Shown here piece after piece: positions 15,156-25,272 of a stretch of DNA of 25,404 nucleotides (positions are counted from its first letter, which is position 1; each line of letters begins with the position of its first letter). This DNA is from an uncultured Bacillota bacterium. Lineage in GTDB: Bacteria > Bacillota_I > Bacilli_A > Erysipelotrichales > Erysipelotrichaceae. The stretch spans positions 1 to 25,404 of the forward strand of contig CASEHR010000094.1 in assembly GCA_949287785.1 (NCBI GenBank), read 5' to 3'. The notes beneath the pieces were generated by a model that saw only the letters and a list, made by a program, of their open reading frames with translations, was not told the origin of the DNA and searched no databases. A program made the translations under genes and the position numbers.

Positions 15156-17373
15156 CACCTGTGACACTATTGACCTTGCGTAAATTGGCCATGATCATTT
15201 CGAGCTGTTCAAGATCGTCGACAATGATCGTCATAGAAGTCGTGACAGTCAGATAATCGGTATTGACCTTGGAATTGACAGCCAGAAGATTGGCTTTATA
15301 TTGCGATACACAGGTAACAAGATCAGTCAAAAGAAAATTCCGGTCACTTGAGTGGATGCGGATATTGGCCTCATATTTGATCTTGCCTCGATAATCCTCA
15401 TCCCAACTTACTTCAATCAGCCGTTTTTCATCCTTCAGGGCGTTAGGACAGACGTGACGATGGACTTTGATCCCCTTGCCCCTTGATACGAATCCGACGA
15501 CATCATCACCGAACACCGGTGTACAGCAGGTCGCCAGTTCGGATTTCATATCCGCATCACCGGCAACCAGTATGCCGGTCTTGGAAGTCGATGACGACTT
15601 GCGGCGTGCCTGAGCTTTGGAGGTTATCTGTTTGATGACCTCTTCGGAGTACTCGCTTTTTTTCTGTTTGACCAGTCTTTCGGCGATCGATTGTGTGCTT
15701 AACGATTTGCAAGCAATGGCGTACAAGAAGTCGTTGACACTGGAAAAACCCATTGATGAAGAGAGTGTCTCAAGTTTCTTGTGATCGGTGTACTCTTCTT
15801 CATCGATACCGCGCTTTTTCATATCGTTGCGCAAAATATCCTCACCCTGTTTGATGAGATCTTCGCGTTCCTCGTTTTCCTTCTTGGTGAGATAAGCTTT
15901 GATCTTATTTTTTGCGGTAGTCGTTTTGACGATGCTCAGCCAGTCACTGGAAGGTTCGGAGTTCTTGTTGGTCTTGACCTCTACGACATCACCGGTCTTA
16001 AGCGGCGTATTAAGCGGTACTAAGACACCATTGACGATCGCACCGACTGTCTGGTGTCCGACTTCCGTATGGATACGGTAAGCAAAATCGATCGGTGTGG
16101 CACCGGCGACAAGATCGACGACCCTGCCCTTTGGCGTCATAACATAAATATTGGCATTAAAGACATCATGGGTAACCGTCGACATAAACTCTTGCGGGTC
16201 ATCGCTGTCGGAAAAATCCTCATCGAAATTTCTCAGCCAATCAAGCTCCTTTTGGGTCGACTTCAACTCCTGGCCTTTCGCATTTCCTTTACCCTCTTTA
16301 TACGACCAGTGGGCGGCAATACCTCTTTCGGCGATTTCGTCCATCGCCTCCGTGCGGATCTGAACTTCATATATACCGCCGTCGATACCGACGATAGTCG
16401 TGTGCAGGGATTGATAAAGATTGACCTTCGGCATCGCGATATAGTCTTTGAAACGACCGGGGATCGGATGGAAAGCAGCATGAATAAAACCTAATATCTC
16501 ATAGCAATTAAGCTCGGTTTTAGTGATTATTCTGATCGCCAACAGATCTAAGATCTCATCAAAACGCTTATTTTTATCGATCATCTTTTTATAGATGCTG
16601 TAGATCTCTTTGGAACGACCGAAGATCCGGAATGGGATCTTGTTGTTGGAGAGGATCTTCGATATCTCGTTGATCATCTTCTGGATCTGTTCATCACGCT
16701 CGGATTTTTTATTGTTTAAAAGTCGGATGACTTCCTCATAATGTTCGTGATCAAGATAATAAAAGGATAGATTTTCAAGCTCGTGTTCGATCTCGGCAAT
16801 ACCTAGCCGATGAGCCATCGGCGCATAGACATCAAGAGTTTCCTGAGCGATCTTCTTCTGTTTTGCCGGCGGCTGAAAGTTGAGTGTCCGCATATTGTGC
16901 AAACGGTCGGCAAGTTTGATGAGGATGACTCGAATATCCTTAGCCATCGCAAACAGGATCTTGCGATGATTGGCTGCCTGATACTCAGCTTCGTCTTTGA
17001 ACTTGATCCCGCCGATCTTAGTGACTGAATCCACCAGGAAAGTGATCTCTTCATCAAATTCACTGGTCAGTTCTTCTTTGGTGACACCCTGATCTTCCAT
17101 GCAATCATGCAAAAAGCCGGCACAGATCGTCTTTGGACCGACCCGATATTTCGCCAATTCATAAGCGACTGCTAAAAGATGATTAAAGTAAGGTTCGCCG
17201 CTTTTGCGAAACTGGTCCTTGTGTTTATCCTGGGCGAAGTTATAAGCTTTCTCAATCAACCTGAGCGATTCTTCATTGCGGATATATGACCTTACTTCAG
17301 CAAAAAAGACCTCTTTAGTCAATTCCTTATGACCATTATTGATCTGATCGATACTGTTATCGATACCACTCAT
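15136..17373 (-). CDS. relA: Bifunctional (p)ppGpp synthetase/hydrolase Rel (long RSH)
   Basis: HD motif FLHDCMED, RFKD signature, YQSLHT, EVQIRT, TGS domain (TPIDFAYRIHTEVG), CC and ACT domains. ATG 17373 follows a GAGGGGG SD. Confidence 0.98.
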   Translation of the reverse strand: MSGIDNSIDQINNGHKELTKEVFFAEVRSYIRNEESLRLIEKAYNFAQDKHKDQFRKSGEPYFNHLLAVAYELAKYRVGPKTICAGFLHDCMEDQGVTKEELTSEFDEEITFLVDSVTKIGGIKFKDEAEYQAANHRKILFAMAKDIRVILIKLADRLHNMRTLNFQPPAKQKKIAQETLDVYAPMAHRLGIAEIEHELENLSFYYLDHEHYEEVIRLLNNKKSERDEQIQKMINEISKILSNNKIPFRIFGRSKEIYSIYKKMIDKNKRFDEILDLLAIRIITKTELNCYEILGFIHAAFHPIPGRFKDYIAMPKVNLYQSLHTTIVGIDGGIYEVQIRTEAMDEIAERGIAAHWSYKEGKGNAKGQELKSTQKELDWLRNFDEDFSDSDDPQEFMSTVTHDVFNANIYVMTPKGRVVDLVAGATPIDFAYRIHTEVGHQTVGAIVNGVLVPLNTPLKTGDVVEVKTNKNSEPSSDWLSIVKTTTAKNKIKAYLTKKENEEREDLIKQGEDILRNDMKKRGIDEEEYTDHKKLETLSSSMGFSSVNDFLYAIACKSLSTQSIAERLVKQKKSEYSEEVIKQITSKAQARRKSSSTSKTGILVAGDADMKSELATCCTPVFGDDVVGFVSRGKGIKVHRHVCPNALKDEKRLIEVSWDEDYRGKIKYEANIRIHSSDRNFLLTDLVTCVSQYKANLLAVNSKVNTDYLTVTTSMTIIVDDLEQLEMIMANLRKVNSVTGVERVFK

Positions 17374-17395
17374 AACTCTCACCCCCTCTTATAGT

Positions 17396-17418
17396 AAAAG
17401 TGAAGCAAGCTTCACCTT
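17396..17418 (-). terminator. Hairpin/weak terminator between apt and rel
   Basis: Minus strand AAGGTGAAG-CTTG-CTTCACTTTT: a G-CUUG-C tetraloop hairpin with a short U-run. Confidence 0.5.
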
Positions 17419-17929
17419 AATACTGCATGATCGAAAATACTTCGTGATCCTTTAACTTCTCGCGTCCTTTCAAGTCGACAAGTTCGATAAGGAAAGCACA
17501 TCCGGCGACGATGCCCCCCATCTCTTCTACAAGATGGATCGTTGCATCGACCGTACCTCCCGTCGCCAGCAAGTCGTCGATGATGAGGACCTTCTGGCCT
17601 TTCTTTATCGCATCGGCGTGCATGTGCAACTCATTGTGACCGTATTCCAATTCATATTGATAAGAAACGGTCTTTCTTGGTAGTTTACCCGGTTTTCTGA
17701 CCGGTACAAAGCCGATATTCAGTTCGTAAGCTACCGGACAGCCAAAGATAAATCCCCGTGATTCCGGTCCGGCAATGATGTCGGCATCGATCTTCTTGGC
17801 GAATTCAACGATCTGACTTGTCGCATAATGAAAAGCTTCACCATCCTGCATAAGCGGTGTGATATCACGGAAGATCACGCCTTCCTGAGGATAATCCTTG
17901 ATACTTGCAATATAATCCTTTAGATCCAT
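17417..17929 (-). CDS. apt: Adenine phosphoribosyltransferase
   Basis: [29 protein letters not shown]. Confidence 0.99.
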   Translation of the reverse strand: MDLKDYIASIKDYPQEGVIFRDITPLMQDGEAFHYATSQIVEFAKKIDADIIAGPESRGFIFGCPVAYELNIGFVPVRKPGKLPRKTVSYQYELEYGHNELHMHADAIKKGQKVLIIDDLLATGGTVDATIHLVEEMGGIVAGCAFLIELVDLKGREKLKDHEVFSIMQY

Positions 17930-17958
17930 AATTTAACCTCACTTAAAAAAACATTCTA

Positions 17959-17967
17959 ATTATAGCA
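17959..17967 (-). promoter_or_regulatory. Extended -10 promoter upstream of apt, overlapping the recJ stop
   Basis: TGcTATAAT; no convincing -35. Confidence 0.5.
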
Positions 17968-19513
17968 CGATTTGTTTCAAAGACATGGTTATTTTGGTAC
18001 GACAACGTTCATTGACCGCCAAAGTGCCGATCGCTCCCGTTAAAGACTGACCGTACATATCCTTATCAAAGCCGAATAATTCATGACCGCATGTCAGGGA
18101 GAACTTCGGATACTGACCCTTGATGAGATAGACTCCTTTGATATCGGGATTATCGATATAGAAAAGCGGTTTTTTGATCCCTTCGCCATAAGGTTCGAAA
18201 CTGCTGATATATGCCATATTCTCCATATTCAATTCATCTTCACTGATCTTGATGATCTTAATCTTTTCTTTTGACCCACTGTACCGGAAACCTTTGGTAA
18301 TATCTTTTAAAAGGGTCAGGCCATCTTCGTCAATGGTGATACCGACTGCTTTCTGATGCCCGCCAAACTCCAGAAAACGATCCTTATACGGGGCCAGAAA
18401 CCCGTGCAGATCAAAATCACCGTATGATCGGCCGGAACCCTTGAAAACACCATTCTTATTCAAAACGATGGCCGGTCTTTTATACTCTTCGGCAAGCTTG
18501 CCGGCAACGATCCCGCAAAGACCCAGAAGATAATCCTCACTGTCCAGAATGATAAATCCTTCATCAGTCACAGCCTTCTGCGCTTTTTTGATCATCGCAT
18601 TCGTCTTTGACTTTCGCATCTCATTTATTTTTATGATCCTTTCCGTCATTGCTATGTCGAGTTTACCATCCTTGAAATAACTTATATAGTGATTGACATT
18701 GCAAAGAGGATCCATTCGCGACAGAGCATTGATCTTCGGAACAGCTTTAAAAGCGATGTCTTCAGCAGTGGCTTCCTTATTCAGATTGGCAAGTACTTTG
18801 ATGTTGCCGGCAACGAGTTCATTGGCATTATAAAGCTTAAGACCGTCGACGATTATCTTTCGGTTTACTCTGAACATCGGCACGACATCGCCGATCGAAG
18901 CCACCATCGCCAGAATCAGGCTGTATGGATCGTCATAGAAGAGCTGACTGAGTCCATAGACAAGACCACCCGTGCACATATCTTTATGATACTCATCGAG
19001 GAAAGCCGGGTGAATGATGATATCGGCATCAGCCGCTTCATTGAATTCATGATGATCGATGACGATGACCTTGATGCCGTTTTCCCTTGCCAGTTTTATC
19101 TGTTCAAAAGCGATAATCCCATTATCCAGCGTTATGATATAGTCGAAACGATATTCGATCGCCATTCTGACGATAGCTACAGACAGGCCATATCCTTCTT
19201 TAGATCTTGACGGAATATAATAATTGGCTTTTATTTTTAAATGATCTAAAAGGCGCATTAGGATGCTTAATGACATGATCCCATCGGCATCATAATCACT
19301 GACTACCAATACCCGTTTATCTTCTTCTTTGATCTTAAAAAGTTCTTCTTTGAATGCTATGCTGGCTTTAGTCTCAAACGCAACTTCCCGATCGATCGAC
19401 AGGTCTTCATCTTTGATGTCTTTGTAGTAACGCTCAAAGCGCTCTTGTAAAGACCCGCCGCTTATCAGTTCATAAGCATCATCAAACTCTGAACGACTTA
19501 ACAAGCTCGACAA
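17960..19513 (-). CDS. recJ: Single-stranded DNA exonuclease RecJ (DHH family)
   Basis: SDYDADG, ITLDNG, IDHH, IGDVVPM, GSGRS, GGHQKAVG. The likely start is TTG 19513 with SD GAGGAG (19520-19525), overlapping the murD 3' end by 32 nt; the ORF-track start at 19561 is probably too long. Confidence 0.9.
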   Translation of the reverse strand: MSSLLSRSEFDDAYELISGGSLQERFERYYKDIKDEDLSIDREVAFETKASIAFKEELFKIKEEDKRVLVVSDYDADGIMSLSILMRLLDHLKIKANYYIPSRSKEGYGLSVAIVRMAIEYRFDYIITLDNGIIAFEQIKLARENGIKVIVIDHHEFNEAADADIIIHPAFLDEYHKDMCTGGLVYGLSQLFYDDPYSLILAMVASIGDVVPMFRVNRKIIVDGLKLYNANELVAGNIKVLANLNKEATAEDIAFKAVPKINALSRMDPLCNVNHYISYFKDGKLDIAMTERIIKINEMRKSKTNAMIKKAQKAVTDEGFIILDSEDYLLGLCGIVAGKLAEEYKRPAIVLNKNGVFKGSGRSYGDFDLHGFLAPYKDRFLEFGGHQKAVGITIDEDGLTLLKDITKGFRYSGSKEKIKIIKISEDELNMENMAYISSFEPYGEGIKKPLFYIDNPDIKGVYLIKGQYPKFSLTCGHELFGFDKDMYGQSLTGAIGTLAVNERCRTKITMSLKQIVL

Positions 19514-20783
19514 AAAAATCTCCTCTTTCTTCAAAATTACTGAACTGATCCCATGATGCACACATCGGCGACAATAAGATGATATCCCCGCTTTGCGCCC
19601 ATTCCCGCGCTTTAAGCACTGCTTCTTTCAGATCTTCACACACAACAGCTTCCGGACAGATCCTTTTGATCTCGTGTCTGGTATCGCCATATACATACAT
19701 CCTTTTGACATGATTCAGATAAGGTATGATGTCATCAAAACCGGTCTTTTTATCATAACCACCAGCTAACAGAATGACTTTATCAAACGCAGACAGTGCA
19801 ACTTTGGTCGCATCAGGATTGGTTCCTTTGGAATCGTTATAATAAGTCACACCTTCGATCGTATCGACATATTCCAGACGATGTCTGACCCCTTTAAACT
19901 CGCGGATACCTCTTTGGATATCATCTGTCAAGACACCCATCTTATGAGCCATACAGGCAGCGACCATTGCATTATAAAGATTATGTCTTCCGGGCAGTTT
20001 AAGGTCTTCTAATTTAAATAGTGTCTTGCCGAATAAGGTGACCTTGTCACCTTCGACCATCAGATCAGCTTGTTTGTCGATCGAAAAGGTGATGACTCTG
20101 CACTTAACACCTTCAGCATATTTTAAAACATTTTCATCGTCGATATTCTTTAAAAACCAATCATCACCGGTCTGCTTATCGTATACAAGCATCTTTGCCC
20201 TGTAGTATTTATCGACATCTTTAAAGTAATCGATATGATCAGGTGTCAGATTCATGCATACACTGACCAACGGATGAAAATCCTTCATCGCAACCAACTG
20301 GAAAGCTGCGATCTCGATTGCCAGATCGATATCGTCGTTCCCGTTCTCTAAGACGATCTGACTTACCGGAAGTCCGATATTTCCGCAAGCAAAGCTCTTG
20401 CCTTTTTTGTATTTTAAAAGTTCACCCAAAAGCGTTGTGGTCGTCGTCTTGCCATTGGTGCCGGTGATCGCCGCATACTTATAATCCGGTGCATAACGCA
20501 AAGCGATATCAGCTTCATTGTGCATGAAACAACCTTGATCACAGAAGTATTTGACAAATGGCGTATCGTATTTTATTCCGGGATTTTTGACGATCAGATC
20601 GTATTTGATATCTTTCAAGACATCCGGATGACCATTGTCATATACCTTGATGCCAAGCTTCGCCAATTCCTCTTTTGCCGGCACTTTCTTAAGATCGGTC
20701 AGAAATACTTCATAGCCTTTATTAGCGAGCAGTTTGGCGTTTGCGATACCGCTTAATGCTGCTCCGATGATCAGCGCCCTCAT
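19482..20783 (-). CDS. murD: UDP-N-acetylmuramoyl-L-alanine--D-glutamate ligase
   Basis: LIVKNPGI, ITGTNGKTTT, GLPVS, HRLEYV, YNDSKGTN, LLSPMCASWDQFSNFEERG. Confidence 0.98.
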   Translation of the reverse strand: MRALIIGAALSGIANAKLLANKGYEVFLTDLKKVPAKEELAKLGIKVYDNGHPDVLKDIKYDLIVKNPGIKYDTPFVKYFCDQGCFMHNEADIALRYAPDYKYAAITGTNGKTTTTTLLGELLKYKKGKSFACGNIGLPVSQIVLENGNDDIDLAIEIAAFQLVAMKDFHPLVSVCMNLTPDHIDYFKDVDKYYRAKMLVYDKQTGDDWFLKNIDDENVLKYAEGVKCRVITFSIDKQADLMVEGDKVTLFGKTLFKLEDLKLPGRHNLYNAMVAACMAHKMGVLTDDIQRGIREFKGVRHRLEYVDTIEGVTYYNDSKGTNPDATKVALSAFDKVILLAGGYDKKTGFDDIIPYLNHVKRMYVYGDTRHEIKRICPEAVVCEDLKEAVLKAREWAQSGDIILLSPMCASWDQFSNFEERGDFFVELVKSFRV

Positions 20784-21751
20784 CAGATGACCCCCATAAT
20801 CAAGCCAACAACACTGAAGATCGAGGCGACGATATAAAACATGATCACGACCTTCTTTTCTTTCATTCCCATCTTTAAAGTAAAGGCATAATGGATCGGT
20901 GTATACGGTAATATCCGTTTATGAAAAAGACGCACCGAAAACTGTTGAAGACATACACACAGCATCTCGATCAAAAAGATCCCGCCGATCACAAGCAGCG
21001 ATAACTCTCTGCCCAAAACTACTGCGATCGCCGTAAACAGTGCACCAATCGCCAAAGAACCACTATCACCCATAAAGACTTTAGCCGGTGCAAAATTATA
21101 GTTTAAATAGCCTAATAAAGCGCCGATACACGAAACGATAAAGACTGCAAGGTGGAATTCATTCTGAATGAAACTGAAGATTAGGTATGGTATGAGCGCA
21201 ATAATAATCAAACAGCTGGACAGACCATCAATAACATCGGTAAAATTGACTGCATTTGCCTCAGCAGTATACATAAACACCAGAAATAAACCGTAAAAAG
21301 CACCCAACGGGATCGCTACATCAAACAGATGGATATCAAGATCGTGATCGAAGATATCTCTGAAAATGAAGTAGATCAAAGCAGCAAAAACAATTTGCAT
21401 AAGCATTTTCAGTTTCGGTGAGAGACCTTCATTATCATGCCGCCTGATGATCAGAAAATCGTCCAGAAACCCAATCAGACAAAACAAGACATAAGAGACG
21501 ATGACCATGATCGTCTTCAGATCATAAAAGACAAGCGGATCGATGATAAAAGTCACAATGATCGGAACCAGAACAAACAAAAGACCACCCATAATAGGAA
21601 TCTTCCCTTTATCTTTATATTCATCAAGAGCGTATTCCGATACCGTCTGATTGTAATTCAGTGATCGCAATAATTTAATGTATTGAGGCATAGTCAGTAA
21701 GACGATGACCAGTGATAATAAGAAGCCGATACCTAAAACAATATAATCCAT
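20783..21751 (-). CDS. mraY: Phospho-N-acetylmuramoyl-pentapeptide transferase
   Basis: Multi-TM; PIMGG, GFLDD, NAVNFTD-IDG, NFAPAKVFMGDSGS. Start is ATG 21751 (322 aa, typical length) or ATG 21790. Confidence 0.96.
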   Translation of the reverse strand: MDYIVLGIGFLLSLVIVLLTMPQYIKLLRSLNYNQTVSEYALDEYKDKGKIPIMGGLLFVLVPIIVTFIIDPLVFYDLKTIMVIVSYVLFCLIGFLDDFLIIRRHDNEGLSPKLKMLMQIVFAALIYFIFRDIFDHDLDIHLFDVAIPLGAFYGLFLVFMYTAEANAVNFTDVIDGLSSCLIIIALIPYLIFSFIQNEFHLAVFIVSCIGALLGYLNYNFAPAKVFMGDSGSLAIGALFTAIAVVLGRELSLLVIGGIFLIEMLCVCLQQFSVRLFHKRILPYTPIHYAFTLKMGMKEKKVVIMFYIVASIFSVVGLIMGVI

Positions 21752-21797
21752 AACGGAGATATTATACTCTACTTTGTGAGATCGAGCCATGTCTTTA

Positions 21798-21827
21798 AAT
21801 AAAAATGATGAGTCAAGCTCATCATTT
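21798..21827 (-). terminator. Terminator after the PASTA-containing pbp
   Basis: Minus strand AAATGATGAG-CTTGA-CTCATCATTT-TTATTT overlapping the pbp TAA. Confidence 0.78.
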
Positions 21828-24045
21828 AGGAGGATTCTTCTGTTTCTTCGCTGACCTCCGGCGCATCAGGATCCTTCAGATCTTCAAAGGTCACAACGAT
21901 CACATCGCCTTTTTTGACCTCCGCTCCGGGAGTGATCGATTGTTCGGTCACAACTCCATAACCATTAATGGTAAAGGCGATATCTGTGATCTGCCAAAGT
22001 TCTGTGACCTCTTTACGGCTCCAGCCGGTGATATCAGGCATGAGAAAACTTTCATCATCGGTCAGAATATAGACCTTATGATCGGAGTAGACAGTCGATC
22101 CTTCTTTAGGGTATTGATCGATGACACTGCTTCCCTCACCTAAGGTGATCACTTCAAGCCCTTCGAGTTTACTCGTTGCATAATCAACGGTATGTCCGAC
22201 GACGTTAGGCATCGTCATTTTCTCGATCGGTCTGGCTGTCGTCTCATTTGTTTCGGCATCTTCGACATGATCGCTGAGACCGGTGATGAGTGCGACCCTT
22301 GAGATAAGATCGGTGATCGGTTCGGTGAAGTAATGATTGTTGCGGTCATAATATGACTGATAGGCATAGTAGATCATATACTCCGGATCTTCGTAAGGGA
22401 ATGCCAGCATTACACTGTTTAAGACGTCACCGCCCTCTTGATAGTTACCGGATTCATCGAGGATCTGCTGGGTACCGGTCTTGGCGATCACATCAAGACC
22501 TTCGACCTCATAATGTTTAGCAGTACCGGCATCGTCGGCGACGACCCTTCTTAAAAGGTCCTGCATCCTTTGCGCTGTATCTTCGCTGATCGGTGTCGAG
22601 ACGACTTCTCTTTGGCCTTCATAGATGATGCTGCCGGTATCGGGATCGACGATCTTGTCGATATAATACGGCTTGATCATCTCACCGTTGCCAAAAATTG
22701 CTGAGTACGCCTGTAATAGCTGCAGCATCGTGACCTGAAGTCCGGCACCATAGGTTGCGGTCAGTTTTTCAACCGGTTGATCGAAATTGATTGAACCGAC
22801 GCTTTCTAAAATACCATCGGTATTGACTTTCTGGAAAAAGCCGAATTCATAAAGATAATCCAGGTATTTATCGGGACTGATCAGGTCGGTGATGATCGAT
22901 GCCGTAACTGTATTGAGTGACTGGATAAGACCATAATCGTATTCAACCCAACCGTACTCCTTGTTTTCCGAATTGGTAAGACATCCATAACTGTCCGAGC
23001 TGTATGTCCTGACCGGATCAGTACCGTCAGATACATAGCAGAAATTATTTGAATCGACACCGGCGGTGCCGTCGTACACTCCTTCATTCATTGCCGCGGC
23101 ATAGGCAAAAACCTTAAAGACACTGCCGGGTTCAGCTAAAGTCTGCGAACCGAAATTGTTGTATTCTTCGATATCCAGCTCATTATTATTGAAAGTCGGC
23201 ACCTGTCCCCAGGCTAAGATCTTACCGGTTTTGACTTCTACGACCGCACCCCATGCCCGACTGGCAGACCTTTCTTCCATCGTCGTCTCCAGGGCTGTCT
23301 GAAGCGCCTCCTGAATAACATTGTCCAATGTCAAGTAGACATCATAACCATTCTGTGCTTCCTTGACTTCTTCACTCATTCCTTCAAGGACATAGCCGTC
23401 CTCGTCCGCCTGATAGACACGATATCCATCAATACCGGACAATTCATCATTGAGGTATTGTTCGACACCCATCTTCCCGACAAGTTTTCCGGCCTCATCC
23501 TGGGCAAATCCGACCAGATACGGACTGAAGAAATCACCGAGTGGATAATAACGCTTGCTGGAGGCGACAAATTCTACGCCCGGCAATCCGTATTCTTCGA
23601 TCTTTAATTTTGTCTCCTCATCGATCTGACGGCCGGCTGTTCCGATCTCAGTCTGATATTTACCTTCGGCATTGACCAATATCTCGTATATTTTTGCCTG
23701 ATCACCACCTAAGATACTGGCTAAGACATTAGCGGTGTATTCCTTGTCTTCAACATATGCCGGCGTTCCGTCGGCATTGACACGCGAATGACTCAGATAG
23801 CATATGATACTGTAAGTACTCTGATCCTGGGCGACGGTCATACCGTTAGCGTCGTAGATATTACCGCGCATCGCCTGCATCGTATCCTTGATGTAATTTA
23901 CACTTGTGACATATGGTTCAAGATCGGTCATCGATCTGACATGCAATTTAAAAACACTTACCATGATGACATTGAGCACCATGACAAGTGATAATATGAT
24001 GACACTGGAAATGATGACTTTGATGAAACCGTTACGGCTTTTCAT
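21826..24045 (-). CDS. Class B penicillin-binding protein (divisomal PBP2B/FtsI-type) with two C-terminal PASTA domains
   Basis: N-terminal TM; RGNIYD, RYYP; SxxK (PGSVFK), SxN (QSLN), KTG (AKTGT); PASTA repeats MPNVVG and MPDITG; dcw position after ftsL. Confidence 0.93.
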   Translation of the reverse strand: MKSRNGFIKVIISSVIILSLVMVLNVIMVSVFKLHVRSMTDLEPYVTSVNYIKDTMQAMRGNIYDANGMTVAQDQSTYSIICYLSHSRVNADGTPAYVEDKEYTANVLASILGGDQAKIYEILVNAEGKYQTEIGTAGRQIDEETKLKIEEYGLPGVEFVASSKRYYPLGDFFSPYLVGFAQDEAGKLVGKMGVEQYLNDELSGIDGYRVYQADEDGYVLEGMSEEVKEAQNGYDVYLTLDNVIQEALQTALETTMEERSASRAWGAVVEVKTGKILAWGQVPTFNNNELDIEEYNNFGSQTLAEPGSVFKVFAYAAAMNEGVYDGTAGVDSNNFCYVSDGTDPVRTYSSDSYGCLTNSENKEYGWVEYDYGLIQSLNTVTASIITDLISPDKYLDYLYEFGFFQKVNTDGILESVGSINFDQPVEKLTATYGAGLQVTMLQLLQAYSAIFGNGEMIKPYYIDKIVDPDTGSIIYEGQREVVSTPISEDTAQRMQDLLRRVVADDAGTAKHYEVEGLDVIAKTGTQQILDESGNYQEGGDVLNSVMLAFPYEDPEYMIYYAYQSYYDRNNHYFTEPITDLISRVALITGLSDHVEDAETNETTARPIEKMTMPNVVGHTVDYATSKLEGLEVITLGEGSSVIDQYPKEGSTVYSDHKVYILTDDESFLMPDITGWSRKEVTELWQITDIAFTINGYGVVTEQSITPGAEVKKGDVIVVTFEDLKDPDAPEVSEETEESS

Positions 24046-24048
24046 CTA

Positions 24049-24354
24049 TCAGTCTCCGTTGCCTACATTGATCACATTGGCCGTATCCTGACTCAGACCA
24101 TTACTCGAAGCGATCTCATAGACACGGTCTTTACTGACGAGATTCTGGATCTCGATGTTCAGTTGACTGTTGGCATCTTTTAAAGTCGCACACTCAGACC
24201 TGATATCTTCGATCTGCATTGTCAGATGGTTTTTTTGTGTCCGGATAAAAAGACTTGAGAACAGGACACTGCACAAAGAAAAAACTAAAAACAGAGTAGC
24301 GATTCCTTCGATCTTGATTCTTCTTTTTTTGGTTTTCTTTACGATCTTTGCCAT
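24049..24354 (-). CDS. ftsL: Cell division protein FtsL
   Basis: Basic cytoplasmic N-terminus, single TM, leucine-zipper-like segment ending LVSKDRVYEIA; lies between rsmH and pbp. Confidence 0.85.
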   Translation of the reverse strand: MAKIVKKTKKRRIKIEGIATLFLVFSLCSVLFSSLFIRTQKNHLTMQIEDIRSECATLKDANSQLNIEIQNLVSKDRVYEIASSNGLSQDTANVINVGNGD

Positions 24355-24357
24355 TTC

Positions 24358-25272
24358 CTATACCTCTTTCTTTATGACTCTTAACTTGGCGCTTTTAGCG
24401 CGGCTGTTGTTTTCTATTTCTTCTTCACTTGCGATGATCGCTTTGTGATTGACTAATCTGAAATCAGGTTCTTTGATATCCTCCGGTCTCAGCATGAGTT
24501 TTTTATCGGTATTGTCGGTACTCAGCTCTTTGAAACGCCTTTTGACCAGACGGTCTTCCAAGGAATGAAAGGTGATTATCGCCACGATACCGTCTTTATT
24601 CAGATGATCGGGGAATTTTGCCAAAAACTGCTCCAGCGAATCCAGCTCGTGGTTAGTGGCTATCCTCAAAGCTTGAAAGGTCTGTTTTGCCGGATGGCCT
24701 TTTTTGCTCAAAGCCTTTTTGGGATAAGCATTCCTGACGATATCGACAAGTTCAAATGTCGTCTCGATCGGCTTCAGGGCCCGTTTTGTGACGATATCCC
24801 GGGCGATACGCCTAGCGTATGGCTCTTCACCATAATCACGCAGAATGCGGAAGATATCGGCTTCCTGATAAGTGTTGACGATATCATAAGCACTTTCTTC
24901 CTGTGTCTGATCCATCCGCATATCCAGCCTTGCATCATATCGATAGGAGAAACCACGCTCGGGACAATCAAACTGCGGTGAAGATACCCCGAGATCAAGG
25001 ATGATACCATCCGCTTTCTCGGTCAGATAGCTATCGAAATCCTTGTAATTGGAATGTTTATAAACGACCCGATCATCATGCAATCTTTCCTTCGACTCCC
25101 TGATAGCTTCAATATCCAGATCGAAGACATCGATCCTGCCGCCGCTTCCAAGCTGTTCCAGGATCTTCGCCGTATGACCGCCACGACCTAATGTCCCATC
25201 CATATAGCGACCATCAGGCTTCACATTCAGAAGCTCGATCGTCTTTTCTAGCAGAACACTGATATGTTTCAT
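24358..25272 (-). CDS. rsmH: 16S rRNA m4C1402 methyltransferase
   Basis: HISVLL, DGTLGRGGH, DLGVSSPQFD, RGFSY, LDMRMD, FQALRI, ITFHSLEDR, SRAKSAKLR. Confidence 0.99.
   Translation of the reverse strand: MKHISVLLEKTIELLNVKPDGRYMDGTLGRGGHTAKILEQLGSGGRIDVFDLDIEAIRESKERLHDDRVVYKHSNYKDFDSYLTEKADGIILDLGVSSPQFDCPERGFSYRYDARLDMRMDQTQEESAYDIVNTYQEADIFRILRDYGEEPYARRIARDIVTKRALKPIETTFELVDIVRNAYPKKALSKKGHPAKQTFQALRIATNHELDSLEQFLAKFPDHLNKDGIVAIITFHSLEDRLVKRRFKELSTDNTDKKLMLRPEDIKEPDFRLVNHKAIIASEEEIENNSRAKSAKLRVIKKEV

Noticed and set aside
19514-19561. ORF-track N-terminal extension of RecJ (MHHGISS...)
   Set aside because: It overlaps murD by 80 nt with no SD; TTG 19513 has a well-spaced GAGGAG.
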